From Rickettsiales bacterium (GTDB lineage Bacteria > Pseudomonadota > Alphaproteobacteria > Rickettsiales > UBA1997): 64,000 nucleotides of DNA. Each line of letters opens with the position of its first letter. The stretch's first letter is position 1. The stretch is from NCBI GenBank assembly GCA_017999675.1, contig JAGNLL010000002.1, positions 66,918-130,917 of the forward strand, written 5' to 3'. The position numbers and the translations under genes were made by a program. Shown in pieces: positions 53,384 through 62,979 of the stretch. A model generated the notes under the pieces. It did no database searches and was not told the origin of the DNA. It worked only from the letters and a program-made list of their open reading frames with translations.

Positions 53384-55816
53384 ATGACATTGTTGTTGGT
53401 TTTAGTATTTTTTCTTTCCTCCTGCGGCGGTGGTGGAGGCGGAGGGGGTGGTGGTGCCTCTTCCTCTCCAACAATAATTTCAACTACTTGGAATTCTTCA
53501 ATTACCACCGCTGACGCCAATGCTTACCGCACTACAGAATATAACAATCAATACGGCCTAGAAAAAATCCACGCTGCCGAGGCTTATGCGGTGCTAGCTA
53601 AAAACAGCAAAACGGTTGCGGGAGATGGTGCAAAAATCGCTGTAATCGACACAGGTGTTCAAACTACTCATGTTGAAATTTCGGGAAATTTATTTGGCAC
53701 TAGTAGCACCTCGGGCAATTACGACTACATCAATGGCGACAATAATCCAAATGACGACAATGGCCACGGTACTCACGTTTCTAGCACTGCAGCTGGTGTA
53801 AAAGATGGCAGTGGAATTCACGGCGTGGCATTCGACGCCACAATTGTTGCGATAAAATCTTTAAACAGCAGTGGTAGTGGTTCAATTACCAACATTGTTG
53901 ATTCAATTAATGGTGCGATCAGAGCCGGAGCAGATGTCATTAACATGAGTTTGGGTTACGCCAGCTCACTTGGAAGTGATGCAGATTTAAGAGCTGCATT
54001 AGTTTCAGCTAAATCTGCCGACATTTTAAGCGTTGCTGCCACTGGCAATGACGGCCTAAGCCAGCCAGATTACCCAGCTTACTACGCCGCAGATTCTGGT
54101 TTGCTTGGCTATGTTTTGGCGGTTGGTGCAACTGCTTACAATGGATCAATTGCTAGCTACAGCAATGGCTGTGGCGATGCCAAAGATTACTGTCTTGTTG
54201 CACCAGGAGGTTCAAATGATGGTGATTCAGCGCACGCAATTTATGCGGCGATGGCGGTTGGATCGACGATCGATTTATCCGACTGCGACCATTCTGGATA
54301 TTGCGCTATCAATGGCACCTCAATGGCCACTCCTCACGTTGCAGGGGCTGCTGCCACAATTCGCGCCGCTTGGCCGCATTTAAGTGCGGTGCAAACTTCG
54401 CAAATTTTATTAACTACAGCAACTGACTTAGGGGCTGCCGGCACTGACACCACCTATGGTCGCGGCATGTTAAATCTTTATGAAGCGGTGCAGGCGCAAG
54501 GGCAAAATACTTTGGGGTTTGGCGCCAGCATTGCTTCGGGCGGCTATGAGGTGACCACTTCTTCAATTGTGACCAGCCCAATTTTTGGTGATGCCTTTGC
54601 TTCAAACGTGGCGCCACAACTGGCCCAGGCAATATTTTTTGATGATTACGGCCGCGATTACAATGCTGAGTTGGGAAGCAAAATTGGTGCACAAGCAGCA
54701 AATAATGTGACGAGTCTTGATAATTTTATTTTCAACAACATCGCCTCCAGATCTGCGCCAATAGCCTTTGGCAGCGATTTGCGAAATAAATTAAATTTCA
54801 ACATTTCCACTTACAAAAACCCCGAGGCGCCAAATTATTTTGGCTTAAAATTTATCACTCTCGATCGCTCAATCGACCCGCAAAGCACTTTGAATCAAGG
54901 CTTCTCATTTGTTCGCGATTCGTCAGATTTTGCACCAAATTTGCAGTTGGGTTTTGCCACCAACATTGACGAAGTGGCAAATTTAGAAGGAAATAATTTT
55001 TCTAATTTAGGTTTTATCTCGCAAAAAAATATTGCTGCAAATCCTTACCAGTCCTTCATGCAGCACATGTCGTCAGATTTAAAAAATAGCAGACAGTTCA
55101 ACCAATTTTTTGCCGCACAAAGTTTTTTTGCTAAAAAAATGGCGCTAAAATTTTCTTACCAATCATCTTACGACAGCATGCAGCTGTTGAGTGGAGTGGG
55201 AAATAAGCAAAATCAAATTTTTGATTTTGCCCTGTCGTTAAAGCCAAAAATCGGTAGCAATTTTTTGCTTTCGGCGGGCAATTTAAACGAGTTTGATCAT
55301 AATATTTTAAACTCGAAAAGCCTTGGTGCGTTTGAGTCGGGGGGTGATGTCAAAACTTCTTACGCTAAAATTTCAACCAGCCAAAAACTGACAGAAAATT
55401 TACAATTTTTGGCAAGTTATTCGGAAGGATTTTCAAAAATTACCGGCAATCAGGAAGGAGTCTTTCGCGAATTCAACAATGTGCGCAGCCGCAGCCTGTC
55501 TGCCTCAATCGTGCTTGATAATTTTTTTAAAGGAAAAGTTGGCTTAGGATATTTAGAGCCAATGCGTGTTTACCAAGGCAGTGTCAAAATTGACATTCCA
55601 GTGGCGCGCGATTTGGATGGAAATTTAACGCGCGCGCAAAGCACGGCATCACTAGCTTCACAAGGTAAAGAGCGTGATTTAGAAATTTTTTATTTAAGAG
55701 AATTGAGTGATTCGTCGCAGATAAAATTTAATTTTATCAGACAGTTGCAGGCGGGAAATATTAGAAATGCTCAGACGAATTATTTGGGGTTTGTGCAGTT
55801 TGGGCTTAGCTATTAG
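53384..55816 (+). CDS. subtilisin-like (S8) serine protease autotransporter with lipobox and poly-Gly linker
   Basis: Catalytic triad blocks are VIDTGV, HGTHVSSTAAG and GTSMATPHVAGAAA. The C-terminal ~300 aa look like a beta-barrel translocator with alternating hydrophobic residues, ending GFVQFGLSY. The N-terminus has LVLVFFLSSC followed by G10. The start is uncertain (53288, 53321 or 53384). Confidence 0.8.
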   Translation: MTLLLVLVFFLSSCGGGGGGGGGGASSSPTIISTTWNSSITTADANAYRTTEYNNQYGLEKIHAAEAYAVLAKNSKTVAGDGAKIAVIDTGVQTTHVEISGNLFGTSSTSGNYDYINGDNNPNDDNGHGTHVSSTAAGVKDGSGIHGVAFDATIVAIKSLNSSGSGSITNIVDSINGAIRAGADVINMSLGYASSLGSDADLRAALVSAKSADILSVAATGNDGLSQPDYPAYYAADSGLLGYVLAVGATAYNGSIASYSNGCGDAKDYCLVAPGGSNDGDSAHAIYAAMAVGSTIDLSDCDHSGYCAINGTSMATPHVAGAAATIRAAWPHLSAVQTSQILLTTATDLGAAGTDTTYGRGMLNLYEAVQAQGQNTLGFGASIASGGYEVTTSSIVTSPIFGDAFASNVAPQLAQAIFFDDYGRDYNAELGSKIGAQAANNVTSLDNFIFNNIASRSAPIAFGSDLRNKLNFNISTYKNPEAPNYFGLKFITLDRSIDPQSTLNQGFSFVRDSSDFAPNLQLGFATNIDEVANLEGNNFSNLGFISQKNIAANPYQSFMQHMSSDLKNSRQFNQFFAAQSFFAKKMALKFSYQSSYDSMQLLSGVGNKQNQIFDFALSLKPKIGSNFLLSAGNLNEFDHNILNSKSLGAFESGGDVKTSYAKISTSQKLTENLQFLASYSEGFSKITGNQEGVFREFNNVRSRSLSASIVLDNFFKGKVGLGYLEPMRVYQGSVKIDIPVARDLDGNLTRAQSTASLASQGKERDLEIFYLRELSDSSQIKFNFIRQLQAGNIRNAQTNYLGFVQFGLSY

Positions 55817-55818
55817 AT

Positions 55819-55932
55819 CGAGTGTGCGAATAACCACCCCAACCCCTCCTTCAAAAGGAGGGGCCTAGTACGATCTTGGTTGAAAAGCCCCTACTTTTGA
55901 AGGAGGGGTTGGGGTGGTTATTCGCAACATCG
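55819..55932. repeat. Family A nested palindromic element, copy A4
   Basis: cgagtgtgcgaataaccaccccaacccctccttcaaaaggagggg - cctagtacgatcttggttgaaaag - cccctacttttgaaggaggggttggggtggttattcgcaacatcg. It starts 3 nt after the protease stop. Confidence 0.9.
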
Positions 55933-55944
55933 GATCAAAGATTT

Positions 55945-56244
55945 TTAGTCAACCCTCTTCGCATCCGGCTCAATTTTATTAATGATCGCGCGGCGCAAGA
56001 TGATGTGGCACAGCAGGTTTGCCACCACCAAGTTTAGCACAATTAACGCAATAATTTTTGCTGAAGACACCACCGAAAAGCGATCAACTTCTACGCCAAT
56101 TAAAAGCATCGGAATTACGTAGCAATTTGCTACCATCACCACGTGGGTCATGGTAAAAACATCTTTGGCTTTTAAAAATGACAAGGCCGATGCAACCAAG
56201 AATAGAGCGGCGATGAGCACGATGATTAAAGCGACAAATTCCAT
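55945..56244 (-). CDS. small membrane protein, Mnh/Mrp antiporter subunit G-like
   Basis: 99 aa with three hydrophobic spans. LSFLKAKDVFTMTHVV resembles the G..R.pD...R.H motif of MnhG. Confidence 0.45.
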   Translation of the reverse strand: MEFVALIIVLIAALFLVASALSFLKAKDVFTMTHVVMVANCYVIPMLLIGVEVDRFSVVSSAKIIALIVLNLVVANLLCHIILRRAIINKIEPDAKRVD

Positions 56245-56247
56245 GAT

Positions 56248-56490
56248 TTAGATTTTTTTTCGGTTGAAGAGAAGGAATAAAACCGCGACCAGTTTTAGCA
56301 AAAATAGCAAAATAATAATGTCTAAAATTGCGTCGAAATTGCTGACAGAATTGACTAAAATTAAGATGATGAGGTTGGTGAAGATGAAGTAAAAGCTGAG
56401 AATTTTTTCGTAAGAATTGCGCGAAATGAAGAAGCGAGTGGTGATGATGGCAAGTGAGACGATGATGAAGAAGGAGATTATTTCGGACAT
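56248..56490 (-). CDS. small membrane protein, Mnh/Mrp antiporter subunit F-like
   Basis: 80 aa with three hydrophobic spans. Size and position immediately upstream of the G-like ORF fit MnhF. Confidence 0.4.
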   Translation of the reverse strand: MSEIISFFIIVSLAIITTRFFISRNSYEKILSFYFIFTNLIILILVNSVSNFDAILDIIILLFLLKLVAVLFLLFNRKKI

Positions 56491-56530
56491 TTTCGAGTAT
56501 TTGGAGTTTGTATGTTCTAGCGAGGGTTAA

Positions 56531-56632
56531 TAGGTCCCCGAGCAAAGCACGTAGTGCGTCGTCGAGGGGCCCGAAGACAGATCTCGCTTCGGGCCCCTCG
56601 ACGACGCACTACGTGCTTTGCTCGGGGACCTA
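56531..56632. repeat. Family B long palindromic element, copy B3 (102 bp)
   Basis: taggtccccgagcaaagcacgtagtgcgtcgtcgaggggcccgaag (46 nt) is mirrored perfectly, with a 10-nt centre. It lies between the mnhF-like start and the mrcA stop. Confidence 0.9.
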
Positions 56633-56642
56633 TTAAATTACT

Positions 56643-59081
56643 TTAGTAAATCCCACTTGGTTCATCAGAATCTTCTTCGGAATTTTCCTCGCCACCGTTA
56701 TTTGCCGCATCTTCGTTAGAACCAATATTTTCAATTGAGTCATCCATCTTAAACGCTTCAAAGAAAATATGATCTTTCGGCGTTGCGGGCGTTGGAAACT
56801 TGCCGGTTGTGCGATCAATTTTTACAAATCTTACGGCGCTCGGAATTCTAAAAGGGCGCGAAGGCGTGTCTTTTAAAGCCTCTTTCATAAAATCGATAAA
56901 CACTGGCAAGGCAACAGAAGCGCCAGTTTCGGCAGATCCTAAAGTTTTTGGTGTGTCAAAACCAATGTAAACTGCCACAACTAAATCTGGCGAGAAACCT
57001 ACAAACCACGAGTCAAACGAGCTGTTGGTGGTTCCGGTTTTACCACCAATAATTTTGCCAATTGATCGAGCGCGTGCCGCCGTGCCGCGATCTACCACGC
57101 CTTGCAGCATTGAAGTAATTTGGTAGGCGGTTGCAGGGTCAATTACTTGCTCTCTGCTTTCGTCTAAATAAGGCACTGGCAATTCGCTGACATCTTTTGC
57201 CACATAGTCGTTGAGGTTGCTAATGGTGCAGTTTGGGCAGGTTCTTTTGTCACGGCGATAAATTGTTTTGCCGTCGCGATCTTGAATTTTTTCAATCATT
57301 AGCGGCGTAATTTTTTTGCCGCCATTAACCATCATTGAATAGGCGGTGGCCATACGTGTGACGGTGGTTTCGGTTGAGCCTAAAATGAGTGAATAAATTT
57401 TTTGTGGGTTGTCGTTAACGCCAAATTTTTTCACCACGTCAACCACTTTATCTAAGCCAACTTGATCGGCCATTCTAACTGCGGTGACGTTGCGCGATTG
57501 TTCAAGACCAGTGCGCAGCGTTGTTGGGCCGTAAAACTCGTTAGAATAGTTGCTTGGGCGATAAGGCGGTAGACCAAAACCTTGGTTGAGAGAAATTTCT
57601 TCGTCCATGATTGTAGTTGCCGGTGTCATGCCATTTTCAAGAGCGGCAATGTAGCCGAAAGTTTTCATGGTTGAGCCGGGTTGGCGCATGGCTTGCGTGG
57701 CGCGGTTAAACTGATTTGGCAGGTCAACATATCCACCCATCATGGCTAAAACCCTTCCGGTGTGTGGGTCCATGGCAATAAAGCCGCCGTTAACATCGGG
57801 GATTTGGCGCAGTAAATAGCCCTCGGTTTCGCCAACTTGCTCAACTAAAACCACGTCGCCAAGTGCCAAAACATCGGCAATTTTTTTAGGAGCCGGACCC
57901 ATGGCGTTAACGCTTAGATGTTTGCGCGCCCATTTGAGTGAGGCAAAATCAATTGAGCCTAATTTGCCATTTTCAACGCCAATTGTGGCATTGTCTTTTG
58001 CTAGAGAAAGCACAACAGCGCGGCTCCAACGGTCTTTGTAAAGTTTTTTTGGATCAACTTTTTGCAGCTCTTCTTGCCATTTGCCGTTAGGGTCAATTTT
58101 AGCAATGGCGCCGCGATAGCCATGCTTGCGGTCGTAATCTTCAACGCCGGCTTCAAAGGATTTTTCGGCAATTTTTTGTAAGCGTGGATCAAGCGTGGTG
58201 CTAACCACAATGCCATTTTCAAACACACTGTCAGAGCCGTAGAGTTCGGTTAATTCTTTTTTAACGGCGTCAGAAAAGAAGTTGGCTTTGGTGATTTCGT
58301 CATCTTCTTTCACCTTCAAATTAATTGGCTGCTCCATTGCGGCGTCAGCATCTTTTTGCTCAATAAAGCCTTCTTCAACCATGCGGCCAATTACCCAATC
58401 GCGGCGTGCTTTGGCTTTGTCGAGATTTTTACGCGGGTCAAGTTTTGACGGTGCTTTTGGTAAAGTTGCCAGAAGCGCAACTTCTTCAATGGTTAACTCG
58501 TCGATTGATTTGTTGAAATAAACTTGGGCTGCAGCTGCAACGCCGTAGGCTCCAGAGCCTAGATAAATTTGGTTTAGATAAAGTTCTAAAATGCGCTCTT
58601 TCGAAAAAGCTTGCGACATGCGGTAAGCCAAAATCGCTTCTTTAATTTTGCGCTGAAAGGTGCGCTCTTTTGTAAGTAAAAAGTTTTTTACAACTTGTTG
58701 CGTGATAGTTGAAGCCCCGCCCATGCTAGGTTCGCCCTTTACTACCGAAAAAATATTTCTTACCGACGTGCGAAAAATCGCCAAAGGATCGATGCCAGAA
58801 TGTTTGTAAAAATTAGAATCCTCAGCTGCCAAAAATGCGTTAATTAGGTTTTTTGGAATGGTGTCGATTGGCACAAAAATGCGTTTTTCTTTTGAAAATT
58901 CAGAAATCAGCGAACCATCTGCAGCATAGAGCCGCGTGGTTATCATTGGGTTGTAGTTTTTTAGCTGCTCGTAATCAGGAAGATTCTCGCTGTATCTTTT
59001 GAACATAAAAAATCCCATGGTCACTAGGATTAGTCCTAGAAACATCATGGCTGCGAGTAGAGTGCTTAAAGTTTTTTTCAT
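56643..59081 (-). CDS. mrcA: penicillin-binding protein 1A (bifunctional transglycosylase/transpeptidase)
   Basis: 812 aa. It has glycosyltransferase motifs (AAEDSNFYKHSGID, GASTITQQ, RKIKEA) and transpeptidase motifs (STMK, SNY.., KTGTT). Confidence 0.92.
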   Translation of the reverse strand: MKKTLSTLLAAMMFLGLILVTMGFFMFKRYSENLPDYEQLKNYNPMITTRLYAADGSLISEFSKEKRIFVPIDTIPKNLINAFLAAEDSNFYKHSGIDPLAIFRTSVRNIFSVVKGEPSMGGASTITQQVVKNFLLTKERTFQRKIKEAILAYRMSQAFSKERILELYLNQIYLGSGAYGVAAAAQVYFNKSIDELTIEEVALLATLPKAPSKLDPRKNLDKAKARRDWVIGRMVEEGFIEQKDADAAMEQPINLKVKEDDEITKANFFSDAVKKELTELYGSDSVFENGIVVSTTLDPRLQKIAEKSFEAGVEDYDRKHGYRGAIAKIDPNGKWQEELQKVDPKKLYKDRWSRAVVLSLAKDNATIGVENGKLGSIDFASLKWARKHLSVNAMGPAPKKIADVLALGDVVLVEQVGETEGYLLRQIPDVNGGFIAMDPHTGRVLAMMGGYVDLPNQFNRATQAMRQPGSTMKTFGYIAALENGMTPATTIMDEEISLNQGFGLPPYRPSNYSNEFYGPTTLRTGLEQSRNVTAVRMADQVGLDKVVDVVKKFGVNDNPQKIYSLILGSTETTVTRMATAYSMMVNGGKKITPLMIEKIQDRDGKTIYRRDKRTCPNCTISNLNDYVAKDVSELPVPYLDESREQVIDPATAYQITSMLQGVVDRGTAARARSIGKIIGGKTGTTNSSFDSWFVGFSPDLVVAVYIGFDTPKTLGSAETGASVALPVFIDFMKEALKDTPSRPFRIPSAVRFVKIDRTTGKFPTPATPKDHIFFEAFKMDDSIENIGSNEDAANNGGEENSEEDSDEPSGIY

Positions 59082-59084
59082 TTT

Positions 59085-60356
59085 TTAGTTTGTTTTATTT
59101 TTGGCAAAATATTCGTCGATGGCGTTGACTAAACTTTGCGCGACTAAGCGTTTGTAAGCTAAACTGTTCATTAGTTTTTCTTCTGCTTTGTTGGATAAAT
59201 ATCCAAGTTCAATCAAAGTTGAAACCATGTCGGGAGCAGTCAAAACCGCAAATCCGGCAAAGCGATGAGTATTTTGTAAAATATTTATTGAAGATTCGCG
59301 CACTGACTTGATGGCAACATTGGCAAAGCGCGCCGAGCCGTTCATAGCTTCGCGCTGAGACAAGTCAATTAGAGTTTTCATGATGTCCTGACTGGCTCCA
59401 GAGAAGTTTACGCCGCTGATAATATCGGCGCGATTTTCTTTTTGTGCGAGAAGTTCGGCCTGCTTGTCGGAAGATTTTTCAGACAAAGTGTAAATCGAAA
59501 AACCCGAAATCCCCGAGTCAGAAATTGCATTGGCGTGCAGCGAAATAAACATGTCGGCTTTTTTGCGGCGCGCCAGTTCAACGCGTTTTTTTAGGGGAAT
59601 AAAAATGTCGGTGTCGCGCGTTAAATAAACCTTGTAGCGTCCGGTGTTTCCTAGCTGTTTGCCCAATTCTTTGGCGTAAGAAAGTGTGATGTTTTTTTCT
59701 TTGCTGCGGGCGTAATTGCCGATTGTTCCTGGGTCTTTTCCGCCGTGGCCGGCGTCAATTACGATGACTGGAATTTTGCCAGAAGCGCTTTTGGCAACAG
59801 ATTTGGGGGTTTTGCGTACAAGGTAAGTTGCCGAGCCGTCGATATTTACCACCTTGGTTGTGGTGACGTTAAATTCTTCAACTTTGCTTGAAATGAAGTC
59901 TTCAGACTTGGGTGCGGCAGTTGGTTTTTCTGCCTTCACGTTTTCTGCAACAGAGGCTTTTGGGCCAACAATTTCGGCGGTAATTTTGCCAGATTTTTCC
60001 TTCAATTTCTCGAACTTAACTTTTTCGATCGTAATTTTTTGCTTCAAATCAAAAACAAGTCGCAGTGAATTTTCACTTTTTTTGCTGCGAAAAGCAGAGA
60101 TAAAATTAGGCAGAGTTGGCTTAGAATCTGGCTTCTCAAGGTTGGCGTTGGAAATATCAACAACTAGGCGGTCGGGATTTTTTAGGGTAAAAATTTTGAA
60201 AGTGTCTTTTTTTGACAGTGAAATCTCGAGATGATTTTTTGCCGTAAAATTAATTTCTTTCACCAAAACATCAGAAGCCGCCCAAATATTTGACGACAAA
60301 AAGCATGAGGCGAGGGCAATGAATAAGCCGGTTGCGACATGTTTTAGTTTTGGCAT
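59085..60356 (-). CDS. N-acetylmuramoyl-L-alanine amidase (AmiC-like, with AMIN domain)
   Basis: The start was reset to ATG 60356 (MPKLKHVATGLFIALASC...), because the tracked N-terminus is a translated A5 repeat. It has an AMIN-like N-domain and an Amidase_3 domain (VIDAGHGGKDPG, SLHAN, ELGYLSN). Confidence 0.85.
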   Translation of the reverse strand: MPKLKHVATGLFIALASCFLSSNIWAASDVLVKEINFTAKNHLEISLSKKDTFKIFTLKNPDRLVVDISNANLEKPDSKPTLPNFISAFRSKKSENSLRLVFDLKQKITIEKVKFEKLKEKSGKITAEIVGPKASVAENVKAEKPTAAPKSEDFISSKVEEFNVTTTKVVNIDGSATYLVRKTPKSVAKSASGKIPVIVIDAGHGGKDPGTIGNYARSKEKNITLSYAKELGKQLGNTGRYKVYLTRDTDIFIPLKKRVELARRKKADMFISLHANAISDSGISGFSIYTLSEKSSDKQAELLAQKENRADIISGVNFSGASQDIMKTLIDLSQREAMNGSARFANVAIKSVRESSINILQNTHRFAGFAVLTAPDMVSTLIELGYLSNKAEEKLMNSLAYKRLVAQSLVNAIDEYFAKNKTN

Positions 60357-60447
60357 TTTAGACTTGGGGGTGAGGGATTTGAAGAGGGGGTGATTTCTAA
60401 TTTTTAACTTTTTTTGCGCAACTTTTAAGAAGTTTAATTTTACTTTT

Positions 60448-60554
60448 GTGCTTGCGAATAACCACCCCAACCCCTCCTTCAAAAGGAGGGGCTTTTCAAC
60501 CGAGATCGTACTAAGCCCCTCCTTTTGAAGGAGGGGTTGGGGTGGTTATTCGCA
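60448..60554. repeat. Family A nested palindromic element, copy A5
   Basis: gcgaataaccaccccaacccctccttcaaaaggagggg - cttttcaaccgagatcgtactaag - cccctccttttgaaggaggggttggggtggttattcgca. The centre is the reverse complement of the A4 centre with 2 mismatches. Confidence 0.9.
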
Positions 60555-60569
60555 AAAATCTTACTACCC

Positions 60570-61697
60570 CTAAATCACTACAACCTGCAACAACTCCCCA
60601 TTCAAATAACTTTTCGGAATCAAATCAGCACTCGTTGCACTAAAAAACGACTGCAAATTTGTTGCCGCAATTTCTTCGAATAAATCTTTTTTTCTGTTCT
60701 CATCTAAATGCGAAACCACCTCATCAAAAATCAAAACTGTTGGCTGGTTTTTGTAAGTGGCAGAAATTTTTGCGCGCGCTAGAGTAATGCCGATCATGAT
60801 CGATTTTTGTTCACCGGTAGAAGAGTGAATTGCTGACATGTTTTTTTCTTGAAAAATCGCGTCAAAATCTGAGCGATGCACGCCAAAATTTGTTTTAAAA
60901 CTTGCCAAATCGAGCGCGCGATTTGTCTTTAATTTGTTTTTGTAAATCTCTTCAAGTTGCACCGCGCTTTGTTTTGTCACCGATTCTTCAACGTCGCCAG
61001 CAACGCATAATTTTGGTTTTGGAAAATTTGACGAAAAAGAGGCGATTGCTTTGTTAAAAAAATCGATGGCCTCAATGCGCGCCGATGCTATTGCGGCACC
61101 CAACTCAACAATTTGTGTTTCAATTACATCAAGCCACTTTTCGCCAGTTTTTTGTGCGCCGTATTTTTGCAAAATTGCCAATCTTTCGCGCAACAGTTTT
61201 TGGTAATTGTTGATGCGGCTAGAATGCTCAAAATCAAGGTCAGAGACGATGCGATCTAGGTAATTGCGACGTTCGCTTTTTCCTAAAATAAAAAGTTGTT
61301 CGAGCTGTGGAGTTAGGCAAATAAAATTAATTAAATAATTGCGAGCATCGCTTTGGCGCTTACTGCTTAGTGGTTCGCCGTTTAGTTCAAAAATTTTTTT
61401 CTTTTGCGCCAAATTAAAAGAAGTGCCGATTTTTTCGATAAATTCGTGGCCAGAAATTTCGGCGTAAATGGCGAATTGCGGTTTTTTTTCTTGCGAAATT
61501 TTGTCGTCCAAAACCATTTCATCAAAATCGGCGCCGCGTAGTGAAGTGGTGCGGCCAAGAAGGGTGAGGCTTTCGAGAATGTTGGTTTTGCCAGCGCCGT
61601 TTGATCCGACGAATAAGATTAGGGGTTTGGAGAATTCGAGTTTTTTGGAGGCGAAGTTGCGAAAGTTGGTGAGGATTAGTTTGGTGATGGAGGTCAA
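60570..61697 (-). CDS. recF: DNA replication and repair protein RecF
   Basis: 375 aa. It has Walker A GSNGAGKTNILESL, an SMC-like signature and Walker B LIFDEVVSHLD. Confidence 0.92.
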   Translation of the reverse strand: MTSITKLILTNFRNFASKKLEFSKPLILFVGSNGAGKTNILESLTLLGRTTSLRGADFDEMVLDDKISQEKKPQFAIYAEISGHEFIEKIGTSFNLAQKKKIFELNGEPLSSKRQSDARNYLINFICLTPQLEQLFILGKSERRNYLDRIVSDLDFEHSSRINNYQKLLRERLAILQKYGAQKTGEKWLDVIETQIVELGAAIASARIEAIDFFNKAIASFSSNFPKPKLCVAGDVEESVTKQSAVQLEEIYKNKLKTNRALDLASFKTNFGVHRSDFDAIFQEKNMSAIHSSTGEQKSIMIGITLARAKISATYKNQPTVLIFDEVVSHLDENRKKDLFEEIAATNLQSFFSATSADLIPKSYLNGELLQVVVI

Positions 61698-61733
61698 GGG
61701 GAGGTAGTTTGAAGAGGTAAAATTGTTGGTGGC

Positions 61734-61766
61734 ACTGGATTGCCGCGCTTTGCTCGCAATCCAGTC
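61734..61766. repeat. Short hairpin related to the family C arm
   Basis: actggattgc-cgcgctttgctc-gcaatccagt. It shares ggattgccgcgctt[c/t]gctcgcaat with the 10923-11002 element. Confidence 0.5.
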
Positions 61767-61774
61767 CTAAAAAA

Positions 61775-62881
61775 CTAAATTCTAACCGGCATTATCACAA
61801 AAACCGAATTCATGTCTTTAGCTTCAATCAATGCTGGCGAGTTGCCGTCTTTGAAGCGCATTAGCAATTCTTCTTTGTCGATTTGGCCGATAATGTCTAA
61901 AAGGTAGCGTGAGTTGAAGCCGGTTTCGATGCGCTCGCCCGTGTAGTTCACGTCTAATTCTTCGTAAGCAAAAGAGCCGTCATTTGTGTTTACTTGCAGG
62001 TTCATTTTGCCGTTTTCAACCACAACTTTGATTGATCTGTGCTTGTCGGTTGCAACTGTTGAAACGCGGTCAACGCAGTCGAAGAAATTGCGTTTGTTAA
62101 TCACCGCAATTTGCGTGTTATTTTTTGGCAAAACCTTGTCGTAATCAGGAAATTCGCCGTCGATTAATTTTGAAACGATTGTTGTGTTGTCGGTGGTGAT
62201 TTTAATTTTTACGCGCGACACCGCAATTTTTACCAACTTGCTGCCGTCAATGATGCGTCTGATTTCAGCGACAGATTTTTTTGGCAAAATTACGCCAAAA
62301 GGAGTTTTTAAATTTTCGGCAACTAAGAACGAAAGACCAAGTCTGTGGCCGTCAGTTGCAACAGTGCGCAGTTCAAAACCAGAGTCTTTTTGCAAGGCTT
62401 GCAAGAACATGCCGTTTAGGTAGTAGCGGGTTTCGTCGTTAGAAATTGCGAAGCGGGTTTTGTCGATCATTTTGGCCAATTTTTCGGCTTCAATTTCAAC
62501 TTCTTCGCCGAGCTCTCCTTCAGATAAATTAGGAAATTCAGAGGCGTCAATGCAAGGCAGGCTGTATTTTGATTTGCCAGATTTGATTTGCAGAATTGAG
62601 GCATTTTCTTGCGAAATCATGATGCTTGAGCCGTCAGGAATTTTGCGCACGATGTCGAAAAACATTTGGGCTGGAACCGTTGTGGTGCCGGCTTTTTTCA
62701 TGTCTGACTCAAAAGTTGAGGTGACCAAAATATCCATGTCGGTGGCAAGTAAAACAACCTTGTCGTCCTTCACTTCAATTTTGATATTTTGCAAAACAGG
62801 GATGGTATTTTTCTTTTCAACGGCGCCATTAACGCTAGAAATAGCCTTTAATAACAAAGACTTTGCGACTTCAAATTGCAT
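61775..62881 (-). CDS. dnaN: DNA polymerase III beta sliding clamp
   Basis: The start was reset to ATG 62881 (MQFEVAKSLLLKAIS...). It is 368 aa with a three-domain clamp pattern (PVLQNIKIEV, ATDGHRL, MPVRI end). Confidence 0.92.
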   Translation of the reverse strand: MQFEVAKSLLLKAISSVNGAVEKKNTIPVLQNIKIEVKDDKVVLLATDMDILVTSTFESDMKKAGTTTVPAQMFFDIVRKIPDGSSIMISQENASILQIKSGKSKYSLPCIDASEFPNLSEGELGEEVEIEAEKLAKMIDKTRFAISNDETRYYLNGMFLQALQKDSGFELRTVATDGHRLGLSFLVAENLKTPFGVILPKKSVAEIRRIIDGSKLVKIAVSRVKIKITTDNTTIVSKLIDGEFPDYDKVLPKNNTQIAVINKRNFFDCVDRVSTVATDKHRSIKVVVENGKMNLQVNTNDGSFAYEELDVNYTGERIETGFNSRYLLDIIGQIDKEELLMRFKDGNSPALIEAKDMNSVFVIMPVRI

Positions 62882-62979
62882 GTTTTTTGAGATTTTGATT
62901 TGGAGGGTTTGTAAGTGGCGAGAACTTAAGGAAAGAGGGGTTAAATTCAACTTTTTATTTTAGCTGTTTGGTTGCTGTT

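Noticed and set aside
53299-53520. Minus-strand ORF encoding a poly-Pro run (PPPPPPPPPPP).
   Set aside because: It is simply the reverse complement of the Gly10-coding tract at the N-terminus of the S8 autotransporter.
43345-60554. Whether the recurring palindromic repeats (families A and B) could be a CRISPR array.
   Set aside because: The copies are 2.6-20 kb apart and separated by ordinary genes. Each is about 100 bp and internally palindromic over its full length, and no cas genes are present. They are dispersed elements, not an array.
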